Shown here piece by piece: positions 1 through 9,494 of a DNA stretch of 64,000 nt. The notes below the pieces were generated by a model. That model was not told the DNA's origin. It saw nothing but the letters and a program-made list of their open reading frames with translations, and did no database searches. Each line of letters starts with the position of its first letter. Position 1 is the first letter of the stretch. The position numbers and the translations under genes are program-made. Origin of the DNA: Clostridia bacterium (GTDB lineage: Bacteria > Bacillota > Clostridia > CAKSNL01 > HGM11501). The stretch covers positions 45,375 to 109,374 of the forward strand of contig JAZQAZ010000018.1 of the NCBI GenBank assembly GCA_045545475.1, written 5' to 3'.

Positions 1-1057
1 GCTGAGTGGGAGAATCGGCTTTAGATAAAGATAAAGCTGTAACGGTAAGCATTCTAACCGGTTTTCCGGATTCCCAGCGTGCTTCAAAGAGTAAAAAGCA
101 TTCGGTTGCTATGTTGTGAAGAGAGTTTGTGGGACTTATGGCCTTTTGTCTTGTAATTGTGGTGAAATCTTTATCCCTTATAGTAAGCTGAACGGACGAA
201 CATTTAAGATTTCCTTGACGGAGTTTTTCGGCAACGGTATCGGAAAGGGAATAAATTGCAGATTTTATTTCTTCCGTGGTTGTAAGGTCATGCGGAAATG
301 TCATGCCGTTACCGATTGATTTAACCTCTCGCTTATCAAGGTAAGATTTTACAGGGTCATCGTCAAGGCCTTTGGCGTAAATGGAAAGCATTTTGCCGTG
401 CTTTCCGAAGCGTTCCGACAACAGTCTTTCATCAGCCGAGGCAATGTCTCCGATTGTATTTATTCCAAGAGCCTTGAGGCCCAAAGCAGTATTTCGTCCC
501 ACATATAAAAGCATATCACAGGGAAGATTATAAATTTTTTCTTTATAGTTTTCCTCTGATAAAACTGTGACGGCATCCGGCTTTTTCAAATCGCTTCCGA
601 GCTTTGCGAAAATCTTGTTAAAGGAAACGCCGACGGAAATGGTAATTCCGATTTCCTTTTTCACACGTTCCCTTATCATGTGGGCAATTTCTTCTCCGCT
701 TCCGAAAAGCTTTAAGCTTCCCGTAACATCCAGCCAGGACTCGTCAATTCCGAATTTTTCCACCTGCTCCGTATAGTCGCAGTAAATGGCGTTTACCCTC
801 TCAGAATACTCCTCATAGATGTCGTGATGGGGAGGAACGATTGTAAGGTTCGGACATTTTTTCAATGCCGATCCTATGGTTTCGGCTGTTACTATTCCGT
901 AGCGTTTTGCAAGTTCATTTTTGGCGAGGATTATTCCGTGGCGGTTTTCCCTGTTTCCGCCAACAGCCATGGGAATATCTTTGAGGGATGGATTAAGTGC
1001 ACATTCAACAGATGCATAAAAGCCGTTACAATCGCAGTGCAGTATTGTTCTTGCCAC
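1..1057 (-). CDS. dinB: DNA polymerase IV (Y-family), 3' end runs off the window
   Basis: Not in the ORF track. The reverse complement reads GGAGG-N7-GTG then MARTILHCDCNGFYASVE, with RHGIILAKN, GIDESWLD and AKLGSD motifs typical of DinB. Confidence 0.93.
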   Translation of the reverse strand, partial: MARTILHCDCNGFYASVECALNPSLKDIPMAVGGNRENRHGIILAKNELAKRYGIVTAETIGSALKKCPNLTIVPPHHDIYEEYSERVNAIYCDYTEQVEKFGIDESWLDVTGSLKLFGSGEEIAHMIRERVKKEIGITISVGVSFNKIFAKLGSDLKKPDAVTVLSEENYKEKIYNLPCDMLLYVGRNTALGLKALGINTIGDIASADERLLSERFGKHGKMLSIYAKGLDDDPVKSYLDKREVKSIGNGMTFPHDLTTTEEIKSAIYSLSDTVAEKLRQGNLKCSSVQLTIRDKDFTTITRQKAISPTNSLHNIATECFLLFEARWESGKPVRMLTVTALSLSKADSPTQ

Positions 1058-1083
1058 GAAAATCACCTCCTTGTTATTTTAAT

Positions 1084-1112
1084 ATTATATCAGTTTTTTA
1101 TCCTGTTTTCAA
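1084..1112 (-). promoter_or_regulatory. SigA-type promoter of dinB
   Basis: TTGAAA-N17-TATAAT on the minus strand. Confidence 0.7.
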
Positions 1113-1160
1113 GTGTTATAAAAATGTTGTTTTTTTGAAAGTTTATATTGAATTTTTATA

Positions 1161-1189
1161 TTGACAGTTTTTATCCGGAATGTTAATAT
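1161..1189 (+). promoter_or_regulatory. SigA-type promoter of the cobalamin-riboswitch operon
   Basis: TTGACA-N17-TAATAT with a TG extended -10. Confidence 0.7.
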
Positions 1190-1204
1190 AAGTAAAAATA
1201 AATA

Positions 1205-1390
1205 TTGCACATAGTGTGTCCGTTATACCGTATGGGTATGATGGGTGAAAAGGGAATCCGGTCAGACTCCGGAACGATACCAGTCGCTGTAACTACCCGT
1301 ATAATCCGTCGGCGAAAGCCGGTCATTGGGAAACTGAGAAGGCAGGGTTATACGTAAAGAGGTGGAAAGTCAGAAGACCTGCACTAATGC
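1205..1390 (+). ncRNA. Cobalamin (B12) riboswitch
   Basis: Hallmarks AAAAGGGAATCCGG..TCCGGAAC, GCTGTAA, CATTGGGAAACTGAGAAGGC and B12-box AAGTCAGAAGACCTGC; lies upstream of DUF4430/ECF genes. Confidence 0.93.
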
Positions 1391-1495
1391 TGCTCCGTAC
1401 TTGCTTTGCATAGGGGCGGCAGTTTTGTCGGCATTTTCCGTTTATGGAAAAGGCTTTGCTTTACGTTGGACAAAATGTGCAGACACAGAAACGCT

Positions 1496-1529
1496 GCTGT
1501 GGTAATTTTTTAATTACCACGGCTTTTTT
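1496..1529 (+). terminator. Intrinsic terminator of the riboswitch expression platform
   Basis: Stem GCTGTGGTAATT/AATTACCACGGC plus T-run, between the aptamer and the first RBS. Confidence 0.8.
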
Positions 1530-1613
1530 GTTTTCTGTTATAAAAGGAGGTGTAAAAGAAAAAATAGCGACGCTTTAATAAAGACAATTTAACAAAAAGA
1601 AAGGATAGTAAAA

Positions 1614-4600
1614 ATGAAAATTAAAAAAGCGTTATGCCTGCTTTTATCACTGGTTATGATATTCGGCATGGCACCTTCGGCAATAATTTCAGCTGAAGAA
1701 AATGAAACAACTGATGAAATTAAGGTTTATATGACAGTAGTAAATAAGGGTGTTATTGCTTCGGACAATGAAGGAGACATAATGGCAAACCGTGAACTTA
1801 CGGTTTCGGATATTGACGAAGACGGAAAATTCACCTTCCACGAAGCGTTAATCGCTGCACATAAGGAATATAACAGCGAAGATGGCTACGATGCAGGAAG
1901 CGGAAATGGAGTAAGCGTTGTAAAGCTCTGGGGAATTGATTCGTATAACAACCTGTTTTTTATAAATGATGTGGGAATTCCCGATGGAGTTGGAATTAAT
2001 GAGGTAAAAGACGGGAATTTCCTTACAACATCAATATGTCAGGATAGCAAATACTACTGTGACCGCTATACCTTCTTTGATAAAAAGGAAGTTACTGCTA
2101 TCGAAAATGAGGAATTTACTCTTAACTTAAAGGGGTTCTGGGGGATGGCTTCTGAAGGAGACGACCTTTTGCCAAAGCCTTTTGAAGGACTTGCTATCTG
2201 TACCTGGGAAGATGGCGAACTTAAAGAGATTGAAGGAAAAGCGACAGACGAAGACGGTAATGTAAATCTTTCCTTTTCCGAAGCGGGAACTTATTATGTG
2301 ACGGCAAAAGGTACGGTAAAGGCAATGGTTACCGACTGGTGGACAATGAAGGAGGTTGAGGCAGACTGCCCCATAATCGCACCGCTTTGTATCGTAACAG
2401 TAGAAGAGATTGCTCCTCCCGAATCCATTAAGATAGAACACGATGCAAAAAATGTTATTGACGGAGTTATCATAGCTAAAAAGGGCGATAAATTCAATCT
2501 CCTTGCCTTTGACGAAAATGGCGAAGAAACTCCCGTTACATGGAAGAACGAAAGCTACGGCAATACAGTTACAATAGATGAGGTTACAGGCGAAGTAGAG
2601 GTTACGGGTGATATTTACGGCGGCACATCCTACCTTTATTTTGAGGCCACATCCACGATTGACGAGACTGTGAAAAAAGAAGTCACCGTTCTTATGACCG
2701 GCTTTATCTTAAGCCAGTATCAGAAGGAGCAGACCGTAACACTTTCTGAGGATGGACAGACGGCAAAGACAGCATCTCTTAATGCCGGTAAAAAAGGACA
2801 TAATATCTGGAATTATAACATTCCCGATGGTGTTGCAGAACTTACTGCAGACCCCGGAAACGGCGGAGAAATAAAGTTCAACGTATATAGACCGGGTGTA
2901 ATTGAGGTGGGCTTTGCCCTTGACATAAATGAGGAGCTTTCCGACAGCGGAATAATTAAAGTAGAGGGCGTTGCCGTTGAAACTTTGAATGGAGAAAGAG
3001 GAAAGGTTTATCTTGAGATAGGGAACGAGGAAGATGCACCCACAACGGAGCTTACTGCCTATGTTGCGGAGGGCAGAGAGGTTTCCTCGTGGATAAGCCT
3101 TGATGAGGATATTGCCACAGTTTCGGAAAACGGCGTGGTAACGGCTGTGGGTGTCGGAAGCGTAATTATTCAGGCCGTGGACAATGAAGGCGCGAAGGGC
3201 GGAATAAAGGTAGTTGTTGAAAGCAGGGAAATACCTTATTTTGAAAGCATCGAATTTCAGACAAGCTACCTTGCATCGGGTTCCTGGGTAAAGGGCGAAA
3301 CATTTAATCCCACGGTAACGGAGTACGATCTTACTGTTTCACGTTATTCCTTAAGCAATCTTGTTTTTCTTAAGGATACCTTGTATGACGATGTGAAATA
3401 CTCGGCGAAAGCTTTGTACGAAGATGTATACGGCGAAGAAAAAGAGGTTTACATACATAGCGGAGCAGCAACAACTCTTTCCGATATACCCTTCGGTACT
3501 TCCGCTGTTACGGTAACGCTTTATGAAAAGGAAAACGAAAAAAATAAAACCGTTTATACCTTTAATGTAACACGTCCGAGAGATAAAACAAAAGCTTTAA
3601 AGACGGTTACTGTAAATCCTGAAGGAAGAACGCTTTCAAATACCTTGTATGAGGGCTATAAAGAAGGAACGATGCTGAGGTGTGACGAAGAAGGAACCCT
3701 CACTTCGGTAACAGGAATATACGGCTCGCATTATTATTACAGAACATATGTATACGGCGAAACCGACTTTACCTTATCCTTTGCCGCATCCACTGCCTAT
3801 GCTCATATAAGATACAGCGTTGACGGCGAGGAGTGGACAGAGCTTGATTCTTTATTGAAATCGGAAAAACTTTCCTTTGACGAGGATGGTGTTATTGAGC
3901 TTTATATAGAAATTGCAGACGACGATAGTTATACCTCTGACAAAGAAGCAGAGGGTGACGGATTTTCGGAGGGAAATACGGTAAGCTACAAGCTCACATT
4001 GATGAATGTTTCCGCAGAAGCTCCGAAAATGCTTACGGCTGAGGCAGAAGGGGACTGGTATCCTGCTTTTTCTCCTGACTTTTATACCTATCGCATAATG
4101 ACAGAAAGTGATGCAAAAGCTCCCGTGCTTACCTTTACGGCAGAAGAAGGAGCAATTGTAAAAGATGAAAAAGAAATTATTGAGCCTGACGAGAACGGAA
4201 TATATTCCGTAACCCTTAAAAACACACAAAAGAGCATTACCCTTTCAGACAGCGAAGAAAAGTGCGTTAATACATATAAGTTCCAGTACACGAGAAAGTC
4301 ATCCTCTGCTGTGCCCGATAAAGTGGTTGAGGCGGTATATATCGGCGGTCAGTATTCGGGAAGCTATGACGTTTATCCCGAACTTACGCTGACAGGCTCT
4401 ATGCGTTCTCTCGGTAACTTCGGAGGATATATCACATACTATTTTGAAGAAGCACTAAAAGATAACCCAAACAATATGTACGGTATGGAGTTTTACATCT
4501 TCGGAAACAGTATGGAGATGAATATTGATTCCATGGCGGAGCTTGGTCAGGTATACGTTTCCGAGGATGGAGAAACCTGGTATGCCCTTGCGGGAAGTGA

Positions 4601-6767
4601 GCATTATGAGGATAAGGCTTTATGGGACTATGAAATAACCTATAAAAAGGGCGAGGATGGAAAGGCTTACTGGACGGATAATTACGGCAATGAAATGCTT
4701 ACATCTGCCGCAAAGGCGTGGCCTGCAAAGGAAAAGTACCCCTTAAATCCCTATACGGAGGATGATGAATATACCTTCTCGGGAATTCTTTTCAAATGCC
4801 AGGAAGGCACTGTTATGGGTGATTCCACCAACGGAAGCTTTGCATCAAAGGCATCCTTCGGCTATGTAGACTATTATAAGAACGGAAGCATAGTTGACGG
4901 AATGGTGGAGGATGTAAATTCCTATGTTGAAAATCCCACAATGGCAAACGGCTTTGACCTTCTCTGGGCGGTTGATGCTGAGGGAAACCCCGTGGATGTA
5001 AGTGATAAGGAATTCCATTATGTAAAGGTTGCAACTGCATCAAACATATGGGCGGGAAGCTTTTTTGAAAAATCCACTGAGGTAAGCAGCATAATTAGGA
5101 CAACTCCTAAAGAAAACGAAGTTGGTAAAACCGAGGCCCCGGAAAGCATTGTGTTCACCGACGGTATCAGTGAGGTGAAAGTAAATATTTCGGAGGAAAA
5201 AAATATTTACGATATTGACCTTGGGGATATGAAGTATATTTCCGTGAAGCTTAACGGTGCCAAGGAAGATGACAACATTTATATAAATAATCAGAGAATT
5301 GAAAGTGACGGAGCCGGAGAAGGCTTTAAGGTAACAAAGAAAAAAGAAACCCTTGTAAGATTAATTGTACAGAATGGAGACAGGGAGCCTTATCTTGCTC
5401 TTTTCCGTCTTTCGGGAACTGCAAAAGAAACTGACGAGCTTATTGAAGGCGTAAAGATAAATGTAGGAGGAGACATAAGAGAAGCTTGGACAAAGAATAA
5501 AAAGACCTATTCTGCTGAAGTGGGAAGCAAAATCGACAGCGTGAAAATTTTCCCTGTTGTAAAAAGCGGTGTTTCCGTTTTAATAAACGGACAGGAGCTT
5601 CTTTCCGAGTATGAACTTTCTTACGGTAAAAATTCCTTTGAAATAAATGTGGCGGATAAAGATGAAGAAAAAACAGTTACGCTGAATATAACAAGGAATA
5701 AAGAAACGGTTTCATCAGACAGTGAAATTTCCGTAAGTTTCACCCTTTACGGAGATGATTTTCACGATGAAGATACCGTGCATACATTTAAAAACGATAA
5801 AAAGGATTTGCCGGTATGGATTACGAAAACAACATACAAGGTTGAAAAAGGTTCAACGGTTCTTGATGTATTTGAAATGGCTCTTTCGGATGCGGACATC
5901 ACCTTTACAAATGCCGATGGGAATTATATCTCCGAGATAAACGGACTTTCGGAGTTTGATAATGGTGCATTGTCAGGCTGGATGTACACCGTCAATGGAA
6001 AATATTCAAATCTTGGCTTATCGGAGCAAAAAGTGAAAAACGGAGATAAAATAGTGTTCCATTATACCGATGACTATACAAAAGAGAGCAGATCAGGTTC
6101 TTCGCAATCGGTGTCTTCGTCAGTGAAAGATGATGAAAAAGACGAAGAAAAGGAAGATGAAGAAAAGGAAGAAACAAAGCCCTCTGAAGAAAAGAAAGAA
6201 AATAAGAAGGAGTTTACGGACAGCACTTTCAAGGATGTGAAAAAGGATAGTTGGTACTACGGAGCGGTAGAGTATTGCTATGAAAATACACTCATGGAAG
6301 GAACCGGGGAAAACTTTGAACCCGATGCCCCGATGACAAGAGCTATGCTTGTAACAGTGCTTTTCAGATTATCGGGAGAAGAAGCGGGAAAAGAGAATCC
6401 TTTTGTCGATGTAGTTGATGGATTGTGGTATTCTGATGCGGTAATGTGGGCAAGTGAAAACGGTATTGTAACGGGAGTTACGGAAAAGAAATTTGCACCC
6501 GATGAGAATATAACAAGAGAGCAGGCAGTGACAGTTATTATAAGATACTTAGAGCATATAGACAAAGGCGTGGCAAAAAAAGCCGAACTTTCAGGATATA
6601 CCGATGCTGAGGAAATAAGTCCATGGGCACTTGACGCTTTTTCTCTTGCCGTGGAAGGCGGAATAATTACCGGAACAGAGGATAAAAAGCTTTCGCCTAA
6701 AGAGGGTGCGACCAGGGCAGAAATAGCGACGATTATAATGAGGGTGTATGAAACTATTCTGAAATAA
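1614..6767 (+). CDS. Secreted S-layer-homology multidomain protein with DUF4430-like, Ig/cadherin-like and putative B12-binding domains
   Basis: Signal peptide; DUF4430 motif YISEINGLSEFDNGALSGWMYTVNG; cadherin-like FNPTVTEY/FSPDFYTY; acidic linker; three C-terminal SLH repeats (FEPDAPMTRAM, FAPDENITREQ, ATRAEIA). Confidence 0.85.
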   Translation: MKIKKALCLLLSLVMIFGMAPSAIISAEENETTDEIKVYMTVVNKGVIASDNEGDIMANRELTVSDIDEDGKFTFHEALIAAHKEYNSEDGYDAGSGNGVSVVKLWGIDSYNNLFFINDVGIPDGVGINEVKDGNFLTTSICQDSKYYCDRYTFFDKKEVTAIENEEFTLNLKGFWGMASEGDDLLPKPFEGLAICTWEDGELKEIEGKATDEDGNVNLSFSEAGTYYVTAKGTVKAMVTDWWTMKEVEADCPIIAPLCIVTVEEIAPPESIKIEHDAKNVIDGVIIAKKGDKFNLLAFDENGEETPVTWKNESYGNTVTIDEVTGEVEVTGDIYGGTSYLYFEATSTIDETVKKEVTVLMTGFILSQYQKEQTVTLSEDGQTAKTASLNAGKKGHNIWNYNIPDGVAELTADPGNGGEIKFNVYRPGVIEVGFALDINEELSDSGIIKVEGVAVETLNGERGKVYLEIGNEEDAPTTELTAYVAEGREVSSWISLDEDIATVSENGVVTAVGVGSVIIQAVDNEGAKGGIKVVVESREIPYFESIEFQTSYLASGSWVKGETFNPTVTEYDLTVSRYSLSNLVFLKDTLYDDVKYSAKALYEDVYGEEKEVYIHSGAATTLSDIPFGTSAVTVTLYEKENEKNKTVYTFNVTRPRDKTKALKTVTVNPEGRTLSNTLYEGYKEGTMLRCDEEGTLTSVTGIYGSHYYYRTYVYGETDFTLSFAASTAYAHIRYSVDGEEWTELDSLLKSEKLSFDEDGVIELYIEIADDDSYTSDKEAEGDGFSEGNTVSYKLTLMNVSAEAPKMLTAEAEGDWYPAFSPDFYTYRIMTESDAKAPVLTFTAEEGAIVKDEKEIIEPDENGIYSVTLKNTQKSITLSDSEEKCVNTYKFQYTRKSSSAVPDKVVEAVYIGGQYSGSYDVYPELTLTGSMRSLGNFGGYITYYFEEALKDNPNNMYGMEFYIFGNSMEMNIDSMAELGQVYVSEDGETWYALAGSEHYEDKALWDYEITYKKGEDGKAYWTDNYGNEMLTSAAKAWPAKEKYPLNPYTEDDEYTFSGILFKCQEGTVMGDSTNGSFASKASFGYVDYYKNGSIVDGMVEDVNSYVENPTMANGFDLLWAVDAEGNPVDVSDKEFHYVKVATASNIWAGSFFEKSTEVSSIIRTTPKENEVGKTEAPESIVFTDGISEVKVNISEEKNIYDIDLGDMKYISVKLNGAKEDDNIYINNQRIESDGAGEGFKVTKKKETLVRLIVQNGDREPYLALFRLSGTAKETDELIEGVKINVGGDIREAWTKNKKTYSAEVGSKIDSVKIFPVVKSGVSVLINGQELLSEYELSYGKNSFEINVADKDEEKTVTLNITRNKETVSSDSEISVSFTLYGDDFHDEDTVHTFKNDKKDLPVWITKTTYKVEKGSTVLDVFEMALSDADITFTNADGNYISEINGLSEFDNGALSGWMYTVNGKYSNLGLSEQKVKNGDKIVFHYTDDYTKESRSGSSQSVSSSVKDDEKDEEKEDEEKEETKPSEEKKENKKEFTDSTFKDVKKDSWYYGAVEYCYENTLMEGTGENFEPDAPMTRAMLVTVLFRLSGEEAGKENPFVDVVDGLWYSDAVMWASENGIVTGVTEKKFAPDENITREQAVTVIIRYLEHIDKGVAKKAELSGYTDAEEISPWALDAFSLAVEGGIITGTEDKKLSPKEGATRAEIATIIMRVYETILK

Positions 6768-6776
6768 GGTGAAAAA

Positions 6777-7835
6777 GTGAAAAAAACGATAGCTTTTATA
6801 TTGATTATAATAATGAGCTTTCAGGCTACAAGTGTATTTTCTGAAGACACGGAAATAAACAGTGTGCTCTATAAATGTTCTGAATATATTCTTAATACTG
6901 TAAAAAATCCCACTTGTTCCTCGGTGGGAGGGGAATGGACTGTCTTAGGTCTTGCGAGAAGCGGTATCAAAATATCCGATGGATATTTTGATACCTATTA
7001 CTCAAATCTCTGTGATTATTTAAATTCATGTGGCGGCGTAATGCACAGGGTTAAATATACAGAATATTCAAGGGCGATAATCGCTGTTACGGCAATTGGC
7101 AAAAATCCCTCGGATGTTTCGGGATACAATCTTCTTTTGCCGCTTTCTGATTTTGATAAAACGGTAAAGCAGGGAATAAACGGCCCTATATGGGCATTGA
7201 TAGCACTGGATTCGGGAAATTATGCGATTGATGAAAATGTAAACGCTGTAAATCCCGCAACAAGAGAAAAATATGTTGACTATATACTTTCTAAGCAAAC
7301 CTCCGAAGGAACATGGTCTTTATCCGGGGAAGGGACGGATCCGGATATTACGGCAATGGCACTTGTGGCTTTGTCAAAATATAAAGAGCGACAGGACGTT
7401 AAAGATGCTTTGACAAAAGCAATAACTAAGATGTCAGAATTACAGACTTCATCCGGAGGATATATTACTGAAGGAACAGAAAGCTCAGAGAGTTCTGCCC
7501 AAATGCTGGTAGCACTTTCTGAGCTTGGAATAAGCTATACGGATTCCCGGTTTACAAAAAACGGCAACAATCTTCTTACAAATCTTTTGTCTTTTATGTT
7601 GCCGGAAGGAAGCTTTTGCCATACAAAGGCGAAAAAAGAGGCAAATCTTATGGCGACAGAGCAAGCATTTTACGCTGTTGTTTCAGTAAATCGGACGACA
7701 AAAGGAGAAAATACGCTTTATAATATGTCGGATATTGCAAAAAAAGATAATTTGAGCTATAATGAATCATACATATCGGTTGTTATAGAGAAATTAAAGC
7801 TGATTACAGAAGCACTGGATAGGGCAAAGGGGTAA
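6777..7835 (+). CDS. Secreted prenyltransferase/squalene-cyclase-repeat (alpha/alpha barrel) protein, transcobalamin alpha-domain-like
   Basis: Signal peptide; GGEWTVLGLARSG, QGINGPIWALIALDS, Q..EGTW, DPDITAMALVAL, NLMATEQA motifs. Confidence 0.8.
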   Translation: MKKTIAFILIIIMSFQATSVFSEDTEINSVLYKCSEYILNTVKNPTCSSVGGEWTVLGLARSGIKISDGYFDTYYSNLCDYLNSCGGVMHRVKYTEYSRAIIAVTAIGKNPSDVSGYNLLLPLSDFDKTVKQGINGPIWALIALDSGNYAIDENVNAVNPATREKYVDYILSKQTSEGTWSLSGEGTDPDITAMALVALSKYKERQDVKDALTKAITKMSELQTSSGGYITEGTESSESSAQMLVALSELGISYTDSRFTKNGNNLLTNLLSFMLPEGSFCHTKAKKEANLMATEQAFYAVVSVNRTTKGENTLYNMSDIAKKDNLSYNESYISVVIEKLKLITEALDRAKG

Positions 7836-7838
7836 GGT

Positions 7839-8594
7839 ATGAAAAAAATAAAAGTTACTATATTATTGCTTTTTGTAATAGCACTGCTTACGTTTACTTT
7901 CTGGTGGGGCGGAAACGCTCCCGGACTAAGAGGAGTAAATTTTGAAAAGAAAAATACCGAAAATGAAGTTACAGATACGATAAAAAGTACTGAAAGTGTT
8001 GAGCTGACAAAAGAAAGTGAAAAAGAGCCTGAAAAAGAGCCTGAAAAAGACGAAGAAGTAACAATCCTTCCGGAAGTCGAATCTGCTGAGGAAAAAGAAG
8101 AAGTTGTTTTACAATCGGAAGAAACAGAAACTTTGGAGGATTGCATCGTTGATACTGTTTCGGAAACGGTGGAAGAATCAAAAGAAAAGGAAATGTTTTG
8201 CACAATTTCGGTAAGGTGTGATACTGTGTTTGAAAACGAAAATCTTTTGGATGATTTCCTTCTCGGATGTTTACCTTCTGACGGAATTATTCTTGGCACA
8301 CAGCAGGTATGCTTTACAGCAGGCGACAGTGTTTTTGATATACTTGAAAGAACCTTGAAAGAAAAAAACATCCATATGGAATTTACGGCTACGCCCATGT
8401 ATGAAAGTGTTTATATAGAGGGAATAGCAAACCTTTATGAATTTGATTGCGGGGAACTTTCGGGCTGGATGTATAAGGTGAACGGAAGCTTTCCGGATTA
8501 CGGCTCGTCACTTTACGAGGTAAAAGAAGGCGATGTAATAGAATGGGTTTATACCTGCGACAGAGGAAAAGACGTGGGAGATACTGTAAATTAA
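7839..8594 (+). CDS. Membrane-anchored DUF4430 (transcobalamin beta-domain-like) protein
   Basis: N-terminal TM segment, Glu-rich linker, YIEGIANLYEFDCGELSGWMYKVNG..WVYTCD.G.D. Confidence 0.88.
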   Translation: MKKIKVTILLLFVIALLTFTFWWGGNAPGLRGVNFEKKNTENEVTDTIKSTESVELTKESEKEPEKEPEKDEEVTILPEVESAEEKEEVVLQSEETETLEDCIVDTVSETVEESKEKEMFCTISVRCDTVFENENLLDDFLLGCLPSDGIILGTQQVCFTAGDSVFDILERTLKEKNIHMEFTATPMYESVYIEGIANLYEFDCGELSGWMYKVNGSFPDYGSSLYEVKEGDVIEWVYTCDRGKDVGDTVN

Positions 8595-8612
8595 ACGAAA
8601 GAAGGGATTAAT

Positions 8613-9494
8613 GTGAACGAATTTAAGAGATTTCATCCTTTGGTAAATATGGTTTACTTCGTTTTTGCCATAGGCTTTTCGTGCGTGCTTTTAAATCCCT
8701 TTTGCCTGATATTCTCTTTAATCGGAAGTATCGCATTTATGCTTATGTGTGACAGCAAAGGCAAAAAGCAAATAGTTTATTTTGTGCCGGTGTTCATATT
8801 TGCCGCACTTTTTAATCCGCTTTTCAATCACAGAGGACTTACGATAATAACATATTTCCCGGGCGGAAATCCTTTGACGGAAGAATCCATCGTCTACGGC
8901 CTCGCATCAGGTGCCATGCTTGTTGCGGTAATTGCATGGTTTTCCTGTTTTAACATGGTAATGACCAGCGATAAATTTATCTATCTTTTTGGAAAAGTTG
9001 CCCCATCGCTTTCGCTGATTTTATCAATGACGTTAAGATTTGTCCCGAGGTTTATCTCGGAACTTAAAAAAGTGGCTGTTGCACAAAAAGGAATCGGAAA
9101 CGGCATAGGAAACGGGAATATAAAGGACAGAATTAAAAACGGATTATCAGTGCTTTCGGTAACGGTTACATGGGCACTTGAAAACGCTGTGGAAACATCT
9201 GACAGCATGAAGGCAAGGGGCTATGGTCTACCGGGCAGAAGTGCATTTTCTCTATTCAAATTTACGAAAAAGGACGCATTAGCTTTAATGTCCGTATTGT
9301 TTTTCGGTATATATTCGCTTGTGGGAGGATTCCTCGGGAAAATAAGCTTTGAATATTTTCCGACATATAAAATGGCACCACTTACAACATACAGCATAAG
9401 CGTTTATGCATCATATTTGATTTTTATGTTGCTGCCTGCAATTATTGAACTTACGGAGGTGATAAAATGGAATGCTTTAAAATCGAAAATCTGA
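8613..9494 (+). CDS. ECF transporter T component
   Basis: Hydrophobic; LRFVPRF and SMKARGYG motifs. Confidence 0.9.
   Translation: MNEFKRFHPLVNMVYFVFAIGFSCVLLNPFCLIFSLIGSIAFMLMCDSKGKKQIVYFVPVFIFAALFNPLFNHRGLTIITYFPGGNPLTEESIVYGLASGAMLVAVIAWFSCFNMVMTSDKFIYLFGKVAPSLSLILSMTLRFVPRFISELKKVAVAQKGIGNGIGNGNIKDRIKNGLSVLSVTVTWALENAVETSDSMKARGYGLPGRSAFSLFKFTKKDALALMSVLFFGIYSLVGGFLGKISFEYFPTYKMAPLTTYSISVYASYLIFMLLPAIIELTEVIKWNALKSKI

Noticed and set aside
116-1138. Short plus-strand ORFs (67-104 aa) in the ORF track
   Set aside because: They are antisense shadows of dinB; the same applies to most short ORFs overlapping long genes elsewhere in the window.
6777-7835. Squalene cyclase / terpene biosynthesis
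   Set aside because: Secreted, single barrel, no DXDD motif seen, and B12-uptake context; the repeat reflects fold only.
8019-8051. 12-bp tandem repeat GAAAAAGAGCCT
   Set aside because: In-frame EKEP low-complexity linker, about 2.7 copies; not a CRISPR or phase-variation tract.
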